Assembly: GCA_019057865.1 (NCBI GenBank)
Contig: JAHLWP010000005.1
Span: forward strand, 32,001-96,000
DNA length: 64,000 nt
Direction: 5' to 3'
Source: Promethearchaeota archaeon
GTDB taxonomy: Archaea; Asgardarchaeota; Lokiarchaeia; Sigyniarchaeales; SOKP01
Positions 59,101-64,000 of this stretch are shown piece after piece (positions within the stretch are counted from its first letter, which is position 1; each line of letters starts with the position of its first letter). The notes under the pieces are model-generated. The model had not been told where the DNA came from and did no database searches. It saw nothing but the letters and a program-made list of their open reading frames with translations. A program made the position numbers and the translations under genes.

Positions 59101-59632
59101 CCTCATCTACTATATATGATAGAATACCAGAATGTCGAGGAGGAATCATTATTTTATGTTCAATTAATGGTGTTTCTTGTACAGTACCAACAACATCTCC
59201 ACCAGATAATTTCTCATTTAATTTACTTGTTGGTATAAAATGCCATTTTTTTTTCCTCGATAATGAAGGAATTTCAATACCTCTCTCCATAAAACCTAGA
59301 CCCTTTGAATTTATGAATATTTCTTTCAGTGGTCTTTGAATTCCATCAAAAATATTTGACAGTAGGCCAGGAGCTAATTCCATAGATAGTGGTTCATGAA
59401 GATTTATAACTTTTTCAAATAACTTTAAATTATATAAATTTTCAAAACATTGAGCAACAACATGATCTGAATGAATATGTATCACTTCACCGATAATACC
59501 ATGCGAAGCAATTTTTATTAAGTCATGAAGTTTTATTTGATGCTCCAATCCTTTTATTTCAATTAATGAACCATTGATCGCAGATATATAACCTATATCA
59601 CTATTCTTTAAATTTTTGTTAGATTCTGTCAT
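56165..59632 (-). CDS. atpA: A/V-type ATPase catalytic subunit A (intein-containing; 615 aa after splicing)
   Basis: GGFGTGK|TV Walker A split by an insertion, GCGERGNEM, DSTSRWAE, PAEEGYPAYL. Confidence 0.97.
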   Translation of the reverse strand: MTESNKNLKNSDIGYISAINGSLIEIKGLEHQIKLHDLIKIASHGIIGEVIHIHSDHVVAQCFENLYNLKLFEKVINLHEPLSMELAPGLLSNIFDGIQRPLKEIFINSKGLGFMERGIEIPSLSRKKKWHFIPTSKLNEKLSGGDVVGTVQETPLIEHKIMIPPRHSGILSYIVDEGDCTIIDEIYRLKNGKNEVALNMMQKWPVTTNRPYLNRISPNQPLYTGIRTIDLLFPIAMGGTVAVPGGFGTGKCITGETPILISNGGIVEIKELFKRYCKQDSIIELDNKEETLIRLRKKIDILSFNGINFEKRSATHIYRGKTDKLVRITTRTGRKIEITPVHKLFAFNGKKIQGVESKSIKIGDFITVPRKINIVGHEIVLNPYDFDISLRVVDKKALNQMVCVLNLLKNKMTLKELAEKLEMSYDVLRWYYQRKNKPTLQFLQKLTKLARIPPIDVRLLKSERQSKSFKFPRKITKELAEWLGLFTADGHIKGEYGGVYLYNNSKQILERFKLLSKRIFDLTAKYGKDEDKTPYMRISNTTLVKFLYFLGIPKENKTYKISIPNCLLKSPENILIHFFNGYFAGDGWFHKYTVGFSTVSKKLYSDLSYLHSRLGILYRVKKRNNSYYFYIEGKHSEKLANIMQNEDVYIYDKIKPLYEYSDKNINHFDGLDIIPVDKQVLITLKSQGKDSEGYNLFRKVEGIRLRNYIESDEKISLTMLSRIYNLVIKNKQKFDNEILCHIKNLIETCKNVYFDKVVKIEALNKEIDVYDLTVEGLHNFIGGITPFILHNTVIQQSLAKWCNADVIVFVGCGERGNEMADVLKEFTKIIDPKSGRPLLERIILIANTSNMPVSAREASIFSGVTMAEYYRDMGYNVAVLADSTSRWAESLREISGLLEEMPAEEGYPAYLPSKLSSFYERAGVVKTIGNSASGKDNLGSLTIIGSVSPPAGDFSEPVTATTKRFVQAYWALDANLAYSKHYPAINWLDSYSNYPDYISEWYYERDIDWPEIDIDWFGCRNRVNEILSKEVDLKNITQLIGEENLPEEQRLILFISRLIREGFLIQNAFDNIDNYTDIKKLLGQIKLILLLNDETKELLKQGFFIEDIKNFEVINDILRVSHSVPNSDFDQILNIKDKLLKEIQSLKLTSGGIKR
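57260..58879 (-). mobile_element. 540-aa intein with LAGLIDADG homing endonuclease in the AtpA P-loop
   Basis: Starts CITGET; block B ITPVHKL; LGLFTADG and FNGYFAGDG; block F VYDLTV; ends LHN before Thr+1. Confidence 0.96.
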
Positions 59633-60341
59633 ATTCTCTTAAAAATTCATCAATATCAAGTTTTTTCTTTTGAATAAATTGCTCAAAATCTTTTTCTAAG
59701 TTTTTAACCTCAGATTCGCTGAAAACTCTTGAAAATTCTATTTCAATTAGAGAAGATTTTTTACTAATTAAATTATCAATTGAATAATCATAAAGAATAT
59801 CTTCATTTGGATTGATTACCTTGAACCCTCCAATAAAATCAGTAGTAGTTTTTGTAATCCCTACTTCATTCTTAAATATGTCCTCTATTTTAGCAAAATT
59901 TTCATTAAAATAATTAAAATCTGTGTTATTTAATAATATAGTAACTCTTGGTGGTTTATCGATAATAGGACTAACTTCTTTAATTAATAGAATTAAAGAA
60001 GTAATATAATAAGAGTACTCTTTATCTATTTTTTCTTTTATTAAGTTTTTCAAACTAATTTTTAATTCTTTGATTAATCTTTTCTTTAGATTTAAAATAC
60101 TTTCTTTTATATTTAAAAGTGTTTGGGATAATGCATTGTTTAAAAATTGATTATGTGTTTCAATAAATTGATCCCTTAATCTTTTAGAACTCTCAATATT
60201 TCTCTCAATATGTCTTTTTTTAATCTCTGCCTTTTGTAAAAGCATTTTCTGATTTATATCTTTAATTTCCTGTTGAGCTTTATTAATTAAATATAAACCT
60301 AATTTGCCAAATTGTTCTTTTAGTTCCTTATCTTCTGAAAT
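59619..60341 (-). CDS. atpE: A/V-type ATPase subunit E; start extended upstream to ATT at 60341
   Basis: IGGF and DYSID motifs plus operon position. The frame is open for 32 codons upstream of the track ATG (ISEDKELKEQFGKLGLYLINKAQQEIKDINQK). Confidence 0.8.
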   Translation of the reverse strand: MSEDKELKEQFGKLGLYLINKAQQEIKDINQKMLLQKAEIKKRHIERNIESSKRLRDQFIETHNQFLNNALSQTLLNIKESILNLKKRLIKELKISLKNLIKEKIDKEYSYYITSLILLIKEVSPIIDKPPRVTILLNNTDFNYFNENFAKIEDIFKNEVGITKTTTDFIGGFKVINPNEDILYDYSIDNLISKKSSLIEIEFSRVFSESEVKNLEKDFEQFIQKKKLDIDEFLREYDRI

Positions 60342-60355
60342 TTTTTATCATCTAT

Positions 60356-60679
60356 TTAAGATATTAATTTTCCTATAATTTTAAGAATTTTATTTAATAG
60401 AACATCTTCTTTTTCAATATTGGTTTCAAATAAATCTGGAAGGAAAAAAATAAATGGTCTTCGATTGTTTAATTTAAAATCAATTAAAAATTCAGTAACA
60501 TCACCTGGTAAGTCAATTGCTATAATGATCATCCCTATAGTAGGCTTTTTTATTAAATCATTAAATAATTGCATAAAATCATTAGCATTTTCGACAGTGG
60601 TCCCTTCAATTCCTAAGAGACCTAGCATTAATACGATCTCATCGTAACCTAGTACATGAATTTTCTGATCAACCATCAA
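60356..60679 (-). CDS. atpF: A/V-type ATPase subunit F
   Basis: KIHVLG....L.LLGI, IGMIII, P; size and position fit. Confidence 0.88.
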   Translation of the reverse strand: MMVDQKIHVLGYDEIVLMLGLLGIEGTTVENANDFMQLFNDLIKKPTIGMIIIAIDLPGDVTEFLIDFKLNNRRPFIFFLPDLFETNIEKEDVLLNKILKIIGKLIS

Positions 60680-60981
60680 AATCCTATCTTATCATTAATT
60701 AGATTTAATAATTTTTCATTATGCTTTTTAAATTTTATTTCAATATTATTGATAATTTTTCCCAATTCATCCTCGAGATTTTTGATTTCTTCTTTTACTG
60801 CTTCGGATAGATTTTTTAATGATGAATTGATAATTTCTCTTTTACTCTTCAATGATAATTCAATTTGCTTCTCTTGTTCTTCAGTTAAGATCTGAATTTC
60901 TTTTAAGCTTTCTTGTTTAGCTTTTTCAATTAAATTCTTGTAAATTTTCTCTATTTCCTCTGTCCATTTAAATATTTCCAT
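60676..60981 (-). CDS. atpH: A/V-type ATPase peripheral-stalk subunit H (G)
   Basis: 101-aa charged coiled coil (EIEK...IEKAK) overlapping its neighbours in the operon. Confidence 0.7.
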   Translation of the reverse strand: MEIFKWTEEIEKIYKNLIEKAKQESLKEIQILTEEQEKQIELSLKSKREIINSSLKNLSEAVKEEIKNLEDELGKIINNIEIKFKKHNEKLLNLINDKIGF

Positions 60982-62053
60982 ATCTATCTTCTAATATCTC
61001 ATACTTACCATGTAATAATTTAATAATATTAGGCATTATATCAAAAATTATTTCTTTTTCTTTTTTTAATATTAATTCTAATATCCTATATATAGTCAAA
61101 TAACTAATATTATCAATCTTTACTTGGAATTTCTTAAAATAATAATTTTGGTATAACCCTTCAAGCGACCATTTTAAATGCCTTTCTTTCAACACTATTG
61201 GTATAAAAAGTATTTTTAATTCATCAATTTTTCTTAAATATTCTTCAAGCTTTACAAAAAATTCATTAGCGTTTTTTGAATTTAATAAAATTTTAATTTT
61301 CTCTTCATTAAGAAATAAATAATTCTCTATCAAAAATTGTGATAATAAGTTTTTATCTATTTTATTTCTAATGCCCCTATAAATCATATTTAGATTATAA
61401 ATTTCAGTTTTATAATCAATAAAAAGAGTTATCATCGCTTTTTCTTGTTTTTTGTAAATTATTTTGCTTTTTATTAAATCTTCATAGTATAACCGGTCTA
61501 AAAAGGCTTCTAAAACAAAAATTTCATCGTTTTTTCTAAAATAGAGAATTCCCTCTCGTATAGCCCTATAATATTTCGTATTCTTAAAAAAAAATTGAAT
61601 CTCATCTAAGGAGGTCATTTCGAGCAAATCATTTATAAAATCAGTTTTTTCTAAATAATCTTCAACTAAAAAATTGATATTTTTTTCTTTATCTCTTCTA
61701 CTCTTTCCAATTATCGATCCAATAATAATTTCTAAAATATTTTTAATCTCATACTTTAAAAGAAAAGCTTTTAAAAACTTTCTCATATGTTCAGGTGAAT
61801 AGTATAAAATTCTCCCAATTAATTTGATATAAATATGAAACAAAGCTTTTTCAATGTCTGAGATAGTTTCTTTTGTTATATTGATATCCGGGTAATAAGG
61901 TTTAATATAATCTATAAAATCTTTAATTTTATTTATTTCCCTTAATTTTCTTAATGAGTTATCATCCATTATTAATTGTTTTAATAATGTTATTTTAACA
62001 AAAAGATACTCATAGGTCGATAAAAATCGTATAACACTCGTAAAGAACACCAA
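60968..62053 (-). CDS. atpC: A/V-type ATPase subunit C (d)
   Basis: KYEIKNI, LEAFLDRLYY, EIYNL..IYRG, KEKEI; operon position. Confidence 0.88.
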   Translation of the reverse strand: MVFFTSVIRFLSTYEYLFVKITLLKQLIMDDNSLRKLREINKIKDFIDYIKPYYPDINITKETISDIEKALFHIYIKLIGRILYYSPEHMRKFLKAFLLKYEIKNILEIIIGSIIGKSRRDKEKNINFLVEDYLEKTDFINDLLEMTSLDEIQFFFKNTKYYRAIREGILYFRKNDEIFVLEAFLDRLYYEDLIKSKIIYKKQEKAMITLFIDYKTEIYNLNMIYRGIRNKIDKNLLSQFLIENYLFLNEEKIKILLNSKNANEFFVKLEEYLRKIDELKILFIPIVLKERHLKWSLEGLYQNYYFKKFQVKIDNISYLTIYRILELILKKEKEIIFDIMPNIIKLLHGKYEILEDRYGNI

Positions 62054-62078
62054 AAATAAATTGATAAAACACTCTATA

Positions 62079-62459
62079 TTAAACGGGGGGGCTTGGAATT
62101 TTGGTCCATAATAGTATAGCTACAATTAGTCCATAAACTGCTAATGCTTCTGCTAATGCCACGACTAAAAAAGCTTTAAAAAAGGATTCTTCACGTTCTG
62201 CAAGTGATGATATTGCTGCAGTACCTACTGTTTTTATTGCCCACGCACTTCCTATAACTGAGAAACCAACCGAAAGTGCTGCCGAGAGAGCTAAAGCGAT
62301 AGTAGTCGGAGAGTTAAAGTATTCAATTGGTTCAGCTTGAGCAGAAGCAAATGATATCAATCCATCAACAGAAAAGAATACAGTTAATACTAGTATTATT
62401 TGAAACAAGCCAAGTAATAAGTAAAATTTTTTTTTACTATTCATTTTATTCACATTCAC
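62079..62459 (-). CDS. atpK: A/V-type ATPase proteolipid subunit K (c) with N-terminal leader
   Basis: Single hairpin LSAALSVG...VGTAAI...ALAEALAVYG; preceded by KKK-hydrophobic-ASA|Q. Confidence 0.92.
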   Translation of the reverse strand: MNVNKMNSKKKFYLLLGLFQIILVLTVFFSVDGLISFASAQAEPIEYFNSPTTIALALSAALSVGFSVIGSAWAIKTVGTAAISSLAEREESFFKAFLVVALAEALAVYGLIVAILLWTKIPSPPV

Positions 62460-62565
62460 TAATTTATGTAGTAAAATTAAATATCTTATAGAAAAAAAGG
62501 AAATCTTGCGTAAAAAGATTTCGAGATTTTTTATTATTAATTTAATTAATAAAAAGCTGAATAAT

Positions 62566-63204
62566 TTATTGATAAAGCAAGACTCTTATTAAATCTGTGA
62601 GAAAATGAATTCTATCTGCTAGCTGTTCAAGTAAAACGATACTATCACGAATTCTGAGGAGATTCCTTATATCTAAATCCTCATTAGAGTATAAATATTC
62701 AAGGAATTGCCTATAAATCGTATCAATTTCATTTTCAATTTCATGTATTTTAGTAGTGTTATCAAACACTGCTTCACGCTTATCTCTTAAGTTTTTTATC
62801 GTTGTTTTTAAAACAGCTGCCATTTCAATTATTTTATTAATCAATTTATTATATCTTTTCTTAATTTCTTTATCTAGTTTCCCATCAAATTTAATTTTAG
62901 GAAGCATATCAACAAATTCAAGAGGGTAGTTAATCAAATTGTCCATTCTTAAGACTAAAGTCATATAATCTCCGACCCCTTGAGCTTCTGCCTCTGAAAA
63001 TTCTTTAATTAATTGAATTTTAATTGAATCTCCATCTTCTTCAGATAATTGCATTTTATTTTTCTTTTTTTCTAAATTATCTTTATTAGACTCATAATCT
63101 TCCGCCCAAGTGGTAAAATATACTGCCATATCACTAATAACCGTATAAATTATTCTAGAATGCTCAATAAGCCTAGTTATGATTTCTTCTTTAATTTTAT
63201 TCAT
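62566..63204 (-). CDS. DUF47/PhoU-like phosphate transport regulator
   Basis: EEDGD...RMD and ENEID...LEQLADR duplicated helical motifs. Confidence 0.85.
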   Translation of the reverse strand: MNKIKEEIITRLIEHSRIIYTVISDMAVYFTTWAEDYESNKDNLEKKKNKMQLSEEDGDSIKIQLIKEFSEAEAQGVGDYMTLVLRMDNLINYPLEFVDMLPKIKFDGKLDKEIKKRYNKLINKIIEMAAVLKTTIKNLRDKREAVFDNTTKIHEIENEIDTIYRQFLEYLYSNEDLDIRNLLRIRDSIVLLEQLADRIHFLTDLIRVLLYQ

Positions 63205-63373
63205 ATTATTATAGTATCAAGTTTTTTATTTTTAAATATAATATATAAAAGAAACATTAAAAAAAATAGTTTTTATTTCTGAATTATATTAAATTTATAT
63301 AGATAATATTATAATATTCTATTATAAAGGTTATAATACAATCTAATAACTTCTTCATAAAAGGTAAAAAAAA

Positions 63374-64000
63374 ATACTGTCTGAAATTAGAAAAAGGATT
63401 AATACTTATAACCAAATAACAAATTTCAGTGAAATTGCACGTAGATATTTTATTAATAATTTTTACGATGGGGCATTAACAGTTTTAGGAATCATCTTAG
63501 GATTCTTTGTGGTAGTGCTTAAAAACCCTCATCAACCTACTATTCCTTCTTTATACATTGCATTACCAGGACTTGGAACCTCAATATCAATGTTTATTTC
63601 AGGAGTATCTGGATCTTATCTTTCTGAGGGAGCTGAACTAAGTAAAAAGCGTGCTGATTTAAATATGGCAATGGGTATAATCGAAAGTGAGACTATAGAA
63701 GAAGATCTTGATATAAAAAAGCAAGAAGAGGAATTAAAAAAAGCAATGTTAAGTAAAGTAAAAATAAAAGTTAATAAAAGTGAAGGTAAAAAAAGAAGAG
63801 TAAAAAAAACAATTCATGAAAAAGCTCAGAATTTCGCAGGGAAATTTGTTGCTTTAGTAAATGGTTTTGCACCACTTTTAGGAGGTTTAATTCCTTTAAT
63901 TCCCTTTGTATTTGTAAATAATGCAAATTTCATGACATTTATTTATTCATTTATAATTATATTCTTGTGTATTGTTTTATTAGGAATATTTTTGGGAAGA
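63374..64000 (+). CDS. VIT1/CCC1-family membrane protein, partial (runs off the right edge); ATA or CTG start
   Basis: Hand translation: ARRYFINNFYDGALTVLG...ISGVSGSYLSEGAE...APLLGGLIPLIPF; in-frame TAA at 63365-63367. Confidence 0.8.
   Translation, partial: MLSEIRKRINTYNQITNFSEIARRYFINNFYDGALTVLGIILGFFVVVLKNPHQPTIPSLYIALPGLGTSISMFISGVSGSYLSEGAELSKKRADLNMAMGIIESETIEEDLDIKKQEEELKKAMLSKVKIKVNKSEGKKRRVKKTIHEKAQNFAGKFVALVNGFAPLLGGLIPLIPFVFVNNANFMTFIYSFIIIFLCIVLLGIFLGR

Noticed and set aside
767-60895. Short track ORFs overlapping longer genes (e.g. 767-958, 1550-1774, 12696-12890, 16002-16385, 26887-27162, 29411-29674, 48219-48590, 55726-56040, 58671-59000, 60420-60647)
   Set aside because: They are antisense or off-frame shadows of well-supported genes and carry no recognisable motifs.

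Overview
AT-rich, gene-dense archaeal DNA. The gene content points to an Asgard archaeon, most likely Lokiarchaeia (inference): RadA, tRNA-intron endonuclease, an A/V-type ATPase operon, CdhA, a stand-alone MtrH-like gene, Arf-like GTPases fused to roadblock/longin-like domains, a vWA-RING protein and a V4R protein. Main blocks: (1) a partial surface protein, a sulfatase, an iron-sulfur flavoprotein, a U32 protein and pcm. (2) Two alpha-glucan/sugar-nucleotide clusters, 7.5-19.4 kb and 37.5-43.3 kb. (3) feoAB with a DtxR-type palindrome. (4) A 23-35 kb stretch of eukaryote-signature-like genes interleaved with cdhA and mtrH. (5) A membrane-anchored double M23 peptidase. (6) radA, memo1, endA and class I fbp. 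(7) A rearranged ATPase operon (K-C-H-F-E-A-B-D-I) with a 540-aa LAGLIDADG intein in the P-loop of subunit A. Best candidate for something undescribed: a 752-aa protein (9792-12050) with an acidic repeat head, about six tandem 62-aa HTH-like units, a PD-(D/E)xK-like nuclease domain and a terminal PIP-box-like motif. No rRNA, tRNA, CRISPR array or transposase was found. All calls come from reading motifs by eye; no database search was run.
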